Source: Chiloscyllium plagiosum
Lineage: Eukaryota
NCBI RefSeq assembly: GCF_004010195.1
Contig: NC_057758.1
Span: 8,290,956 to 8,354,955 of the forward strand
DNA length: 64,000 nucleotides
Reading direction: 5' to 3'
A program made the translations under genes and the position numbers. Shown here in pieces: positions 12,925-26,400 of this stretch. Position 1 is the first letter of the stretch. Each line of letters begins with the position of its first letter. Below the pieces are notes generated by a model. The model saw only the letters and a list, made by a program, of their open reading frames with translations, was not told where the DNA came from and ran no database searches.

Positions 12925-13120
12925 ATTAGAGTCGTTCTGGAAATGCACAGCAGGTCAGGCAGCATCTGACGAGCAGGAATATCGACGCTTTGGGCAAAAC
13001 GAGAGGCTTTGGACAGAAACGTCGATTTTCCTGAACCTCGAATGCTGCCTGACCTGCTATGTGCTTCCAGCACCGCTCTAATCTTGACTCTAATCTCAAG
13101 TGCCTGCAGTATTTATTTTC
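12925..13120. mobile_element. miniature inverted Penelope pLTR pair (hammerhead-type repeat)
   Basis: cagcaggtcaggcagcatc...atcgacgctttgggc followed by its reverse complement gaaacgtcgattttcctg...gctgcctgacctgct, plus an extra 3' tail on the right arm. Confidence 0.8.
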
Positions 13121-13137
13121 GTCTAATTCATAACTAT

Positions 13138-13440
13138 GGGCGACACGGTGACACAGTGGTTAGCACTGCTGCCTCGCAGTGCCAGAGACCCGGGTTTAAT
13201 TCCCGCATCAGGTGACTGACTGTGTGGAGTTTGCACAATCTCCCTGTGTCTGCGTGGGTTTCCGCTGGGTGCTCCGGTTGCCTCCCACAGTCCAAAAATG
13301 TGCAGGTTAGGTGAATTAGCCAAGCTAAATTGCCTGTATTGTTATGCGAAGGGCTGAATATAGGAGAAGGGGTCTGGTGGTTCGATGTGGGCTTGTTGGG
13401 CGGAAGAGCCTGTTTCCACACTATAATTAATCTAATCTAA
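13138..13440 (+). mobile_element. near full-length tRNA-derived SINE (HE1/V-SINE-like)
   Basis: A-box ggtgacacagtggttagcac, B-box-like gggtttaattccc, core tgtgtggagtttgcac...ctcccacagtccaaa, (taatc)n tail. Confidence 0.9.
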
Positions 13441-13444
13441 CTGT

Positions 13445-14075
13445 CTGCATCTTGGAAATTGTGACATTCATCCCCTTGCTGCTAATCCTGTGTTTTCTAC
13501 GGGCTCTTTTTGCCGTTAAGTTATGTCTGAAATATACTGAATTAAAGTGCACAGTCAAAGGAGTTGTCAAACATAGGGTTAGAAGATGATTTCGACTGAT
13601 TTTGATTCCTCCAAAATCGGAAGTAAATTTAGAACCCATCGTACCTCAGAAAATTAAGGAGAGTTCTTTAACTAATACTGATTTGTTGACGTAAAATACG
13701 AAAATGTATTCTTTAAACAGCTCAGTGTCATCATTATTCCCAATACCACAGACGAAATGTTCTTATTACAGTATTCATGTGTCATTTTATGTCAACGGTT
13801 GGTTACAAATCGATTAAAAGCGAAAACGAACAATGAACCAGACAGAACAGTTCGTGGCTGCATGGACAAGGATAGCATGGGTATTGCACACAGGGAGGAA
13901 TTTCACAAACTGAAATTCTGACATCTAAACAATTGGAATGTGCATCAGTGTTAGGTCAAGGATTTTGACCAGTAGATCTGACACTTCCATGTTCGTTAGA
14001 TGCCACGTTGCACGTTTGGATAGACCGCATTCAGCCCGAGAAACGATTCCAATTGCCTGCGTGTTTAATGAGAGA
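13445..14075 (-). pseudogene. GPR139-like GPCR pseudogene (exon 2, TM1-ICL3; probable TM7 remnant at ~12760-12920)
   Basis: IGIVSRAECGLSKRATWHLTNMEVSDLLVKILDLTLMHIPIV; LPVCNTHAILVHAATNCSVWF; AKRARRKHR; decayed polypyrimidine acceptor upstream. Confidence 0.85.
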
Positions 14076-14799
14076 AAGGACAATAAATGCTGAAAAGTAT
14101 GCATCAATGGAAGACAACACGTTCGAATAACAACAGACAGAGGAACGTAGTTTCAGAATTAAGGGTCAGACTTTTAAGATGAAGATGAAGATACATCGTT
14201 TCTCTTGGAGTCTTAAGACCACGGAACCTCTTGTCATAGAGCGCTGAGGGGTCAAGAGTCCTAGTGTATATTTACGTCATAATCGGGACAAAATGTTAAC
14301 CCTCTTCAAGATGCTGTTCTGAAGAAGATCAGGTCTGAATTTGAAATAGGACCAGTCAGGGTAAACGCAGAAAGATGTTTCTCATGATTGATAGAGTGCT
14401 GAACTGCAGGTGTGGGGTGGAGAGAACAATATGACGTACGACAGATAAAACGTGTACTTTGTTTCTCGCGCTCCATCCACAGACAATGCCAGAGGTTCAT
14501 GAGGTTAACGTAGTATTTTGTTTAGGCTGGCTGTCTCAATGGCGCAAGGGAAACGTGCACTGGGCCTCAGTGATCATGTAGTTGGTATCAACATGGCAAT
14601 ACCTAGCTGACGATCGAAAGATGGTTGACGGAACAAGGTAACACAGGGACAGAGACAACAGTCTTCCTGTTGTTCTGAAACGGCACCTTTATTGATGCAG
14701 CTAGATCCTGCAGTACGTGTATTCATTCCCAAAATATGATAGAATCTTCAACTGAGTCCAAGCAGAAAAATTCACGAGACAGGTCTGACTGAATAGACG

Positions 14800-16796
14800 T
14801 ATGAGTGGTTCAGATTGTATCTTGGAATACGTGTACGGCTGCAGAAGATGGTGATATTTATCAAGACCCGTTCTTCAGTTCCTGGTTTAATTTCATTGTT
14901 TGATATGAAGGATGTGTGTGGAATTCCTCGAATTGAAAATCTGTCAACCACTGCCATTGTTCCTTCCCCACTTTTGAGCAGGCACTCAAATCTTATCTTA
15001 CATGCCAGAACGCTAATTTTCTGTCCGTCTGTGTGACAAATTACCAATATCCCAGGTAACAGATCCGAAACAGCACATAGTCGTTCATCTCTTATTATTG
15101 AGACTGCGTACATCGTGTGGAATTTCTCAAAATCATAAATTCTTGCCTTTACCCCTCCCGTTCTTTCTGAGTAAGCTTTACTCACAGATGAGGAGTATTT
15201 GTGGAGATCAGGAACTAACTCCTTACCCAGCCCGTGCCTCGGCTGTACATTCTCCTGCAGCTCCTCGATTTAAGTGCGGTTTCCTTTACTGCATTCACGA
15301 ATGATAGTGGCTTAGCCTTTTCTTTACCACGCCTGTTCCCACTCTGCCTTTCTTTAACGATAACCACTGTGATTTTACGTGTCCCACTTTACCACAAGGG
15401 AAACACCTGACGTTCCTTTCCACCCTTTTGGGCTTCTTTTCTTTTAACCTCTGTTAAATACTTACCAGTGTTCTCCAATTTTTTGTTTCGTAATGTAGTA
15501 TCACCCCGTCTCTCAACCCATATTCCTCACAACATGAAATTCTTTCTGGAAACATGTGTTATGCGCCATCGAGTTTTCACCTGCGTACTCTGCTGCTCTT
15601 CTCAATTCCTAAACTCTCTGCTCATCCATGTGGATTCTTAACTTTCTCTCGATGATTTTTTCAATTCAGCCAAAAGCACAATCTCCATTAGAGCCTCAGT
15701 GGTCTTATCCTTCTTGAAGGTCTGCATCCATCTATAAAAAGGGCTCAGCCTAATTGTTTCAAACTCAACATACGTCTGACCTGGTTCCTTCTTTATGTTT
15801 CTGAACTTGCTGTCTCTACGCTCCCGGTGCCAATTCATCAGCACCTAAGATAGTCTACATGGCCGCTCATCTGACTCGATGCAAATACCTCAAGAGCTCT
15901 GCCTGCCAGTTTGGTAAGAAATAGAATTACCTGTAATTCCTTGGACAACTCCACCTGCCTAGCCAACGTGTCAAATGAAATAAAGAAGGCTTCAACATCT
16001 TTCTTATCAAAATGTGGTCGCGCTTTAACGAATTTGCATACATTCCTGCGTGCTCTTTCAATGTCCAGCCTGTCAGCTTGACTTTGCTGAAATAGACACA
16101 ACTTCTCAATTTCAAATTTTGCCTCTTTATTCTGTCCCCCTTTATTCTCTCTCTCTTTCTCTGTCTATTTGCCCAGCTGAGAAACCCCTCTCTTTCTTTT
16201 TCCTCTTTCTGTCTCTCATCGCTCTCTTTTTTTCTGTCTTTCTCCCTCTTCTGTCTCCCTTTCTCTCTCCCTTTTATCCGTTTTCTCCCTTTGTTTATCT
16301 TCTAACTCCATTTTCCTCAATTGCAATTTAAGTTTTTCTAACTCCACTGCACTTGTCTGTTTCTCTGACACACCTAAGTGTTTGAATAATTCCCTTGCAA
16401 TTTCAGCTTTTTGTTTGTCCTAGGTTAAACGCAATTCTAATATTTTTGCTGATTCTAGAAGTAAGATACTTTTCTTTCCTTCAAAGACCTCATGACAAAT
16501 TTATACATCAGCTTTACGCCCCAGAACCTCCTTCGCAGATTAAAAGCCACTTCTCTCATTTAAATTGAAACAACCACAAATAACCGATTTTTTTTTTAAA
16601 GTCCCATCTATGTTTCATGCAATGATCTAGTATTCTGTCCAGCAAGTGTTCAAATCTACTGGGGTTTCGTTACACAAATCTATTCCAATTTGTCCAATTG
16701 TCAGATTGGCTCTGTCAAAAACGTTCAAACCAATTTGTCCAATTGTCAGATTGGCTCTGTCAAAAACGTTCAAATCCCAGACTACAGCACCGAAGC
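14800..16796 (-). mobile_element. Gmr1-type Gypsy element, 5' half (gag with SCAN-like capsid, protease)
   Basis: HFDKKDVEAFFISFDTLA, KFRNIKKEPGQTYVEFE, EIVLLAELK (gag); protease-like ORF 14772-15185; degenerate tRNA-Pro-like PBS near 16772-16795. Confidence 0.8.
16685..16774. repeat. 45-bp tandem duplication (2 copies)
   Basis: ccaatttgtccaattgtcagattggctctgtcaaaaacgttcaaa x2. Confidence 0.95.
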
Positions 16797-17470
16797 TGAT
16801 ATGACACGGGGTAAACACTTCTGCTAATTTAAACCAGACACATAGAGAAAGCTCACCTCATCTCGTAATCTCTTAAATATGAGTTACAAAGAACTAACAA
16901 ATCCCATTATTTAAAAAAACTTTATTATTTTACTGCAAGTTTAAAAATAAACAGCTATCTACACTGTAAACCTCCTTTGTCTGATCAATGTATCTACCTC
17001 CCACTCTACAACAATAGATTGATCCAGTAAAACCGCGCGGATGAAGTGTTACAAAATATTCAAATTTCAAACCCAGTCAGCTGTGTAGATTATCTTATAT
17101 CTTTGTGCCTTCTTTTCTTCGGTCTTTTGTTCCACAGATTTCATATAAAAATATACCTTTCAGAGAGCGACTAAGCAGGTCCAGTGTCTTGGTGTTCTTT
17201 GCTGCTCTGGCTAACTTTTCAATATAACCGATTTTTACACCCGAAAACAACGGACCGTCTCATATGTTTGATGTCATCAAAACATTAAAATTAAAATTCA
17301 ATTGGACTTTGGTATCTTAGGGCACAATTTTAACTGATTTTGCCGATTTCGAATTTGTTGTGTACCAATGCAACTCAGCTCCAGCCATTTGATTGACAGC
17401 CAAACTTTGCATTTTTGAATAGTTCAGCACACTCTGTGTTTACCGTCAGTCCTTAAATGTTTTCACTCTC
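16797..17470 (-). mobile_element. probable 5' LTR of the minus-strand Gmr1 element
   Basis: Non-coding block immediately 5' of the PBS and gag; outer end approximate; no partner LTR seen. Confidence 0.5.
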
Positions 17471-17479
17471 TCTTAAAAA

Positions 17480-20060
17480 TACAGTGCATGCTTACACCTT
17501 CATAACATCCTCTAAAAGTTTTCTTTCTGTCTCTGTGTCTCGCCAATTGCCTTTTATATGTTGTCACTGTATCTGCATCTACGAATTTTTCTGACTGCTT
17601 ATTCCATTCACGCACCTCCATCCGTGTGAATAAGTGCTGCTTACCCTTTCGAAAATTTTCCCCTCTCATTTAAACGGATGCACTCTACTTTTGAACTCCC
17701 CTCCGTCAGGTGGACGATCTTGGGTGTTCACTTTATCTATGACACACGTGGTATTTTGAAACTTGATGACGTCCTTTTATGCTTGTCGTGACAAATTGTC
17801 CTAAGTTATCCAAACTGTCCTTGAACCTCTGTATACGTCTTTTCAATCTTTTTTAAACACTTCTAGTTCAATAACATGTTTTGTGTAGCGAGGCAAACGG
17901 AAGTTTACATGGTACTCCAAATGCCGCCTTACCATTGCCTTGTTCAGCTGTATTATAAAGTCACAACTCTTGAACTGAAATCACCGAAGGCAGATGTGCC
18001 AAATGTTTTTTTCACTACAATGTGTACCTGTGAAGCCACTCGCCAGGAACAATATGCCAGCACCCCTCGCTCTACATGTTCGACAACAATCCCTGAGCTC
18101 CTACTATCAGTGTTGTTTGTCCTACCCTGGTTTGTCATAACAAAATGCCACACCTCGTATTTCACAAAGTTGCACTCAAACTGTCACACCTTGCCAGAAT
18201 GGCCCATTTAATTGAATCACATTGTACTCTAAGATCGTTTTTTCACTGTCCATTATGTCAGCTACGAAGCATAACTCCTTTTTTCTTATTATTTACATAA
18301 ATGGTGAACAACAGTGGATCCAGCTCAGATTCTTCTGGAATATCGCTGGTCAAGTATGTCCAATCTGTATAACAGCCCTCCAAAAACATTCACTTTCTCC
18401 TACTGTGAAGATAATTGTGTGTCGAATTGGCTAGCTCTAGCTGGATACAATGCCATCTTACCTTCCTAACCAATTTACTATGTGGAACCTTGTCGAACGC
18501 ATTTGTGAAGTTCACGTAGACAACTGCTGAAATTTAGCCTGAACGTATCTTCTTTGTCAGTTCTTCCAACAGGTCAATCAAATTTCAAACACAACCTTTC
18601 ATCCAAAAAGAACGACAATGGACTTCCTTAAATATCAGCAAGGCTATCAATGTGTGGAGCCATTCTCATCTGTATTTCCCACGGAGAAGCACATGAATAC
18701 CATTGTAATTGGAGAGATACAGTGTCATCTTGAAAAATTGTCATATTATGGTAAAGTGATCGCTGGAGGATTTGAAATGGATGAATGCAAAAAACAGTCT
18801 GACCACACATAATCAGTCCTTGCCTTCTCAAATGCATGTTTTCACAGTCCGACTGAATTTGCTTCAGCAATATATCTACCACTGACGTCAGGCTGAACGT
18901 TCTATTGCTCCCTGGCGTTTTCTTCAGATCTTTCTTAAATTAGCCTCCCTCCAGTGAACAGCCTCTCATGCATAGATATTCTTGATGCAAATGGCTTGCC
19001 AAGGGTTCTACAAATCTTTCCAGAGCTTTCCCACAATGTCCTGGGATGCACCCGGCCAGCTCTCAGTGATTTCTTTACATTTGTCCATTTGAGATCCACC
19101 AGGAAGTCCTTTGCTGTGATTTGCACGATTACAAGACGTCATTGATTATTTCTCCAATAGCCATAGCTTGAATGTGCTTCTCCACGGTAAATATTCGTTT
19201 AGGATCTCACCGATGTCCTCTGCATCTACACAATGATTGCCTTGTTGATCTTGAAGGTGGCTTATTCTTTCCCTCGTCATGCTATTGCACTTAATGCACT
19301 TGTCCAGTTTCTTTGGAATGTCCTGAACCTTATCTGCCAAAGCGATCTCCGAACCTTTGTTGCGGTCATGATTTTCCTCTCACATGTACTCTTACATTCT
19401 CGATAAAGGTAAAGGGGTATACTTGATTCCAGCTTCATAGAACAGACAATCACGACCTGTCTTTTATTTTTGACAAGAGCTTCAATTTTTTTTTTTAATT
19501 TCCAAAATCTCCTACTCCTGCCAGCCATGGCTTTCACACTAATAGGAACATGCTGACCATAAACTCGCGTTAATTTGCTCTTAGAGCCTCGCATTTGACA
19601 GGCGTCTATTTACCTGCAAACAACTTCCCAAACAACGTGTAAAACGTCGTACCTAAGACCATGACGATTGGCTTTGCCTACTCGAACCCTTTTATTTAAT
19701 TATATTGTAATTAATAGATTTAATGTCACTTGTCGCAAACTGCAGCTGCACAAACACCTCAGTCATTTGCCTTACCTGATTCCTCAAGAGAAGTTCGCAT
19801 TTTGCTTTCTCTAGTATTGTAGATTGTTTAATTTTCTTGAACACACTTAAAGAATTCCTTCCCAATCAAGATCTTTACACGGTGGAAATTACAATCTATG
19901 TTTCGAAAGTTGAAATGTCCCACAATTTCAACCGTATTATGCTTTTAGCTGTCTGCCATCTTCCTTCCTCGATATTCTACTGACTATTGAAGGGTCTGAA
20001 TTGTAATCACCTAAAAGTAATCACATTCGTCTTATTTCAAAGTTGAACTTAGGTGTGCAC
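17480..20060 (-). mobile_element. decayed CR1 LINE (ORF2 to 3' UTR)
   Basis: QVHIVVKKTFGTSAF, GRVHPRTLWE, DAEDIGEILNEY CR1 ORF2 motifs. Confidence 0.85.
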
Positions 20061-20479
20061 ATTAGCCTATCCATAAGGAATATCCATTCTAAGGACTGCA
20101 GTGAAGTTTTCCCATATGAAAAAAGCCACTCTTCCTGCTCATTTCCCATCCCTTCTATCCTTCTTGCAGAATTTCGATCCTGGAATATTGAGCTTACTGT
20201 CTCATCCCTTCCACAAACATGTTTCTGTAATCACCATGACATTCCAGTTCTATATTGCCATCAATGCCCTGAGTTCATCTGCGCTACTTGTTAAGCCTCT
20301 TGCGTTTAATAACGAAATGCAATGAAATAAATATAGTTTAATTCATCACTCTTCCCCGTTACCCGCCAGTCTCTTGCCTGCTTTGTCTATTTAGCTTGCT
20401 CTATTTCAGTGCTCTACCAACATCAGCGTTATCTTTGTCTCTCTACTTCGATGTTACTCGATATCAGGTCATCATAAAA

Positions 20480-23000
20480 TAACAAAGAACAGAGAAAATT
20501 ACTGCACAGAAGCAGTCCCTTCTCCACCACCGACACCCCCCAACCAAACCAGCATCGATCGAGTTGCTCTCTTGAAACCTTTCGCGTAATTTTAATGATC
20601 TGTATCACTCTGCTCCCTGGCCATTCAAGTTTCTGTTGATATACATCTAAAATGACGTTATCGTGCGGCCCTCTGCCACCTCGGCTTGCAACGCATTCCA
20701 GGCACATATCACCCTCTGCGTGAAGAACTATTTTCACATATCTCCCAAAAACCTTTCCCCCTCACCTTGAACTCATGATAGCTAGTAGTAGGGTAAAAAA
20801 AGATTTACTCTATCCACCGTGTCTCGAGGTAAAATTGACACGACACCAGGTTATCATATAACAGGTTTATTTGGGAGCACTAGCTTTCACCACGCTGCTT
20901 TTTCATCAGCTTATTGATCACTTGATAATGGAGCAGCCCTCCGAAAAATAGTGTTTCCAAAAAATCCCGCTGCACTATAACTTGGTGTGTGATTTTTTAA
21001 AATTTGTACACCCCATTCAAACATGTCATCTGCAAATCACCCTGTCGATACCTCTTATCATTTTGCAGACCTCACTCAGGACCCCCGTCAACCTCCGTTT
21101 TTCTCATGAAAACTATCCTAATCTATTGAACCTCTGTTCATTGCTAGCGCCCTTCTGAGCAGGCAACATCATGCTGAACCTCCTCTGCACCCTCAAGAAG
21201 CATCCAAATTCTTTTCATAATGTCGCGACCAGAAATCTTCGCAGTTTTCGAAATGTGGCCGACCCAAAGGTTTATACAAGTGTAACATGATCTGCAACCT
21301 CCTTCACTCAATACCCCATCTGATGAAGGTAAGCATGTCGTATGCCTCCTTGATCCTTGTATCAAACCGCGTTTCTGTCTGAAGGGCACAATGGATTTGA
21401 ACATACAGATCTCTCTAAAGATCAATTTTCCTCTGAACTTCACCATTTATTGTAGAGTTGGCTCTTAAATTTGATGTTCCAAAATGCATCACCTCGCATT
21501 TGCCCGGATTGAACTCCATCTGCCACTTCTCCAGTCAAATCTCCAATCTATATTCTGCTGCATCCCCTGACAGTCCCCTGTCAATCAGACCACCTTCACC
21601 TCCCTCCAACTCATGTAAGTGTTTCAGAATCAACAGTGGTTCCCAGTGCGGATCGCAGTGGAGCACAACTGGTCATAGTTCTCAATTTTGAGAAACTCCA
21701 TTCCAGTACTACTGGTAACCAACCAATTCTTTATTCATCCAGCCAGTACACACTGGACCACATACATCTTCATTTTCAGCATCAGCCTGCCAATGGGAAG
21801 ATTATAACATGCCTGACGAGAGTCCATTTATATGACCCTTCCTTCATAAATCAACTTTGTCACTTCATCAAAGTATTCGATGAAGTTAGTCAGACTTGAA
21901 CTTCCCTGCACAAAACCATGTTGCCTATCCCTCATAAGTCTATTTTCTTCTAAATATCATTAGATCCTATTCCTCAATACATTCTCCAGCAGCTTCCCCA
22001 CCACTGACGCCAGGCTAAGGTGTCTGTACTTACCTGGATTGTCCCTGCTCCCCTTCTTAAACATCGCGACAGCATTAGCATTTCTGTAGTTCTCTGGCAG
22101 CTCATCAGTGTTCAAGGATGTTGTAAATACATCTGTGAAGGGTCCAGCTTCTTCCTCTCTTGCTTCCTTTAGGAACCTGGGATCGATCCCATCCGGACCT
22201 GTGAACTTGTCCATCTTAATCCCTTTTAAAATACCCATCACTTTATCCCTATGCAAGCGACCTTCACCTCGAGTAATCAATCATGTTTCCTTAACCTCAA
22301 CTTCCGTAATGTTCCCCTCCTCGGAGAATACTGATTCAAAGTAATCATTTAGAATCTCATCCATTTTCACTGACTCTACGCATACCTTCCCTGCTTTGTC
22401 CATGCGTGGGCTAACCCTTTCTTTAGTTGACCACTTGCTCCTCTTGTACGAATAAAATGCTTTGGGATTTTCCTTCGCACCGTTTGCTTATGATATTTCA
22501 TGAGTCACATTTATCACTCTTAATTCTTTGTTTCAGATTGGTCCTACTTGCCCGATATTCTTCCAAAGCTTCGTGTGTTTTTAGTCGCTGACACCTTCTG
22601 TGAGCTTTCTTTTTCCTGTTAGCTCGGCTCTCAATTTCACGTGTCATCCATGATTCCGTAATTTTGCCATTTTCGCAGGGAAGTGTCTGTAGAGTATTCT
22701 AATAAGTCTCTCTTTAAAAGTCTGCCATATATCAAATGTGGATTTACCTTCAAAAAGTTTTTCCAAAACCGCATTCCCCAGTTCCCTCAAAATGTTGCAA
22801 AAGTTGGCCTTCCCCAATTTTGCACTCTTCTTCACGGAACACTTTCGTCTTTGTCAATGAGTATTCTAAACTTACACAACAGTGATCACTGTTCACAAAG
22901 GAACCTCCTGCTGAAACATCATCCATTTTGCCCAGCTCATTCCCCAACACTAGGTCCAATATGACCCATTCTGAGTTGACCTATTTACATACTGTTGTCT
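20480..23000 (-). mobile_element. CR1 LINE ORF2/3' end (first duplicate)
   Basis: KFTGPDGIDPRFLKEARE...KKGSRDNPGKYRHLSLASVVGKLLE; DLVLGNE EN motif. Confidence 0.9.
20824..21037. mobile_element. miniature inverted Penelope pLTR pair, second family
   Basis: Arms caccaggttat..gctttc..gctgctttttcatcag / tgataatggagcagccctccgaaa..ctataacttggtg with right-arm tail; imperfect TSD caccgtgtc (20815-20823) / caccctgtc (21038-21046); duplicated near 23809-24022. Confidence 0.75.
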
Positions 23001-23463
23001 GTAATCACATCCTTCTTATTTCAAAGTTGAACTTAGGTGTGCACACTAGCCGATCCATAAGGAATATCCATTCTAAGGACTGCAGTGAAGTTTTCCCATA
23101 TGAAAAAAACCACTCTTCCTGCTCATTTCCCATCCCTTCTATCCTTCTTGCAGCATTTCGATCCTGGAATATTGAGCTTACTGTCTCATCCCTTCCACAA
23201 ACATGTTTCTGTAATCACCATGACATTCCAGTTCTATATTGCCATCAATGCCCTGAGTTCATCTGCGCTACTTGTTAAGCCTCTTGCGTTTAATAACGAA
23301 ATGCAATGAAATAAATATAGTTTAATTCATCACTCTTCCCCGTTACCCGCCAGTCTCTTGCCTGCTTTGTCTATTTAGCTTGCTCTATTTCAGTGCTCTA
23401 CCAACATCAGCGTTATCTTTGTCTCTCTACTTCGATGTTACTCGATATCAGGTCATCATAAAA

Positions 23464-26400
23464 TAACAAAGAACAGAGAAAATTACTGCACAGAAGCAGT
23501 CCCTTCTCCACCACCGACACCCCCCAACCAAACCAGCATCGATCGAGTTGCTCTCTTGAAACCTTTCGCGTAATTTTAATGATCTGTATCACTCTGCTCC
23601 CTGGCCATTCAAATTTCTGTTGATATACATCTAAAATGACGTTATCGTGCGGCCCTCTGCCACCTCGGCTTGCAACGCATTCCAGGCACCCATCGCCCTC
23701 TGCGTGAAGAACTATTTTCACATATCTCCCAAAAACCTTTCCCCCTCACCTTGAACTCATGATAGCTAGTAATAGGGTAAAAAAAAGATTTACTCTATCC
23801 ACCGTGTCTCGAGGTAAAATTGACACGACACCAGGTTATCATATAACAGGTTTATTTGGGAGCACTAGCTTTCACCACGCTGCTTTTTCATCAGCTTATT
23901 GATCACTTGATAATGGAGCAGCGCTCCGAAAAATAGTGTTTCCAAAAAATCCCATTGCACTATAACTTGGTGTGTGATTTTTTTAAATTTGTACACCCCA
24001 TTCAAACATGGCATCTGCAAATCACCCTGTCGATACCTCTTATAATTTTGCAGACCTCACTCAGGACCCCCGTCAACCTCCGTTTTTCTCATGAAAACTA
24101 TCCTAATCTATTGAACCTCTGTTCATTGCTAGCGCCCTTCTGAGCAGGCAACATCATGCTGAACCTCCTCTGCACCCTCAAGAAGCATCCAAATTCTTTT
24201 CATAATGTCGCGACCAGAAATCTTCGCAGTTTTCGAAATGTGGCCGACCCAAAGGTTTATACAAGTGTAACATGATCTGCAACCTCCTTCACTCAATACC
24301 CCATCTGATGAAGGTAAGCATGTCGTATGCCTCCTTGATCCTTGTATCAAACCGCGTTTCTGTCTGAAGGGCACAATGGATTTGAACATACAGATCTCTC
24401 TAAAGATCAATTTTCCTCTGAACTTCACCATTTATTGTAGAGTTGGCTCTTAAATTTGATGTTCCAAAATGCATCACCTCGCATTTGCCCGGATTGAACT
24501 CCATCTGCCACTTCTCCAGTCAAATCTCCAATCTATATTCTGCTGCATTCCCTGACAGTCCCCTGTCAATCAGACCACCTACACCTCCCTCCAACTCATG
24601 TAAGTGTTTCAGAATCAACAGTGGTTCCCAGTGCGGATCGCAGTGGAGCACAACTGGTCATAGTTCTCAATTTTGAGAAACTCCATTCCAGTACTACTGG
24701 TAACCAACCAATTTCTTTATTCTCCAGCCAGTACACACTGGACCACATACATCTTCATTTTCAGCATCAGCCTGCCAATGGGAAGATTATAACATACCTG
24801 ACGAGAGTCCATTTATATGACCCTTCCTTCATAAATCAACTTTGTCACTTCATCAAAGTATTCTATGAAGTTAGTAAGACTTGACCTTCCCTGCACAAAA
24901 CCATGTTGCCTATTCCTCATAAGTCTATTTTCTTCTAAATATCATTAGATCCTATTCCTCAATACATTCTCCAGCAGCTTCCCCACCACTGACGCCAGGC
25001 TAAGGTGTCTGTACTTACCTGGATTGTCCCTGCTCCCCTTCTTAAACATCGCGACAGCATTAGCAATTCTGTAGTTCTCTGGCAGCTCATCAGTGTTCAA
25101 GGATGTTGTAAATACATCTGTGAAGGGTCCAGCTTCTTCCTCTCTTGCTTCCTTTAGGAACCTGGGATCGATCCCATCCGGACCTGTGAACTTGTCCATC
25201 TGAATCCCTTTTAGAATACCCATCACTTTATCCCTATGCAAGCTACCTTCACCTCGAGTAATCAATCATGTTTCCTTAACCTCAACTTCCGTAATGTTCC
25301 CCTCCTCGGAGAATACTGATGCAAAGTAATCATTTAGAATATCATCCATTTTCACTGACTCTACGCATACCTTCCCTGCTTTGTCCATGCGTGGGCTAAC
25401 CCTTTCTTTAGTTGACCACTTGCTCCTCTTGTACGAATAAAATGCTTTGGGATTTTCCTTCGCACCGTTTGCTTATGATATTTCATGAGTCACATTTATC
25501 ACTCTTAATTCTTTGTTTCAGATTGGTCCTACTTGCCCGATATTCTTCCAAAGCTTCGTGTGTTTTTAGTCGCTGACACCTTCTGTGAGCTTTCTTTTTC
25601 CTGTTAGCTCGGCTCTCAATTTCACGTGTCATCCATGATTCCTTAATTTTGCCAGTTTCGCAGGGAAGTGTCTGTAGAGTATTATAATAAGTCTCTCTTT
25701 AAAAGCCTGCCATATATCAAATGTGGATTTACCTTCAAAAAGTTTTTCCCAAACCGCATTCCCCAGTTCCCTCAAAATGTTGCAAAAGTTGGCCTTCCCC
25801 AATTTTGCACTCTTCTTCACGGAACACTTTCGTCTTTGTCAATGAGTATTCTAAACTTACACAATAGTGATCACTGTTCACAAAGGAACCTCCTGCTGAA
25901 ACATCATCCATTTTGCCCAGCTCATTCCCCAACACTAGGTCCAATATGACCCATTCTGAGTTGACCTATTTACATACTGTTGTCTGAAACCGTTCCGGAT
26001 GGTCCTTCCAAAAACTGCTCCATCTAGACCTCTAACACTATCAGAATTCCATTCAATGGTGCGAAAGTTAACATCTCGCATCACCACCACCCTCGTGCTC
26101 CCACATCTTTCGAGAATCTGTTTACATATTTGTACTTCTATCACTGTTGGGAGGCCTGTAATGGAGCCCGAACTTGGTTCCCGAAACGTTCTTATTTCTG
26201 AGATCTGCCCATATTGCCACGCTCCTCGAGTCCTTTATAGTACCATGAGTCCAACAGCTTTATTTGAATGTAAAAGCATTCTAAGTGCTACCTCTCCGTG
26301 AGGTGACTTCAGAAGCTTGTCGATTTAAACAAACCATTTGGAGGAGAACCTGGTATCGTGTTAACATCTGACATTGTCGACTCTCGTCCATCACTAGCAA

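Larger units (their letters stand above)
20017..25985. repeat. ~2985-bp direct tandem duplication (20017-23000 / 23001-25985)
   Basis: Near-identical ORF pairs offset by 2984-2985 bp; junction ttgtct|gtaatcac at 23000/23001. Confidence 0.95.

Noticed and set aside
13138..13210. tRNA gene
   Set aside because: The tRNA-like head continues into SINE core and tail
15638..16115. Domesticated SCAN-domain host gene
   Set aside because: Frameshifted gag in its retrotransposon context, with no zinc-finger array
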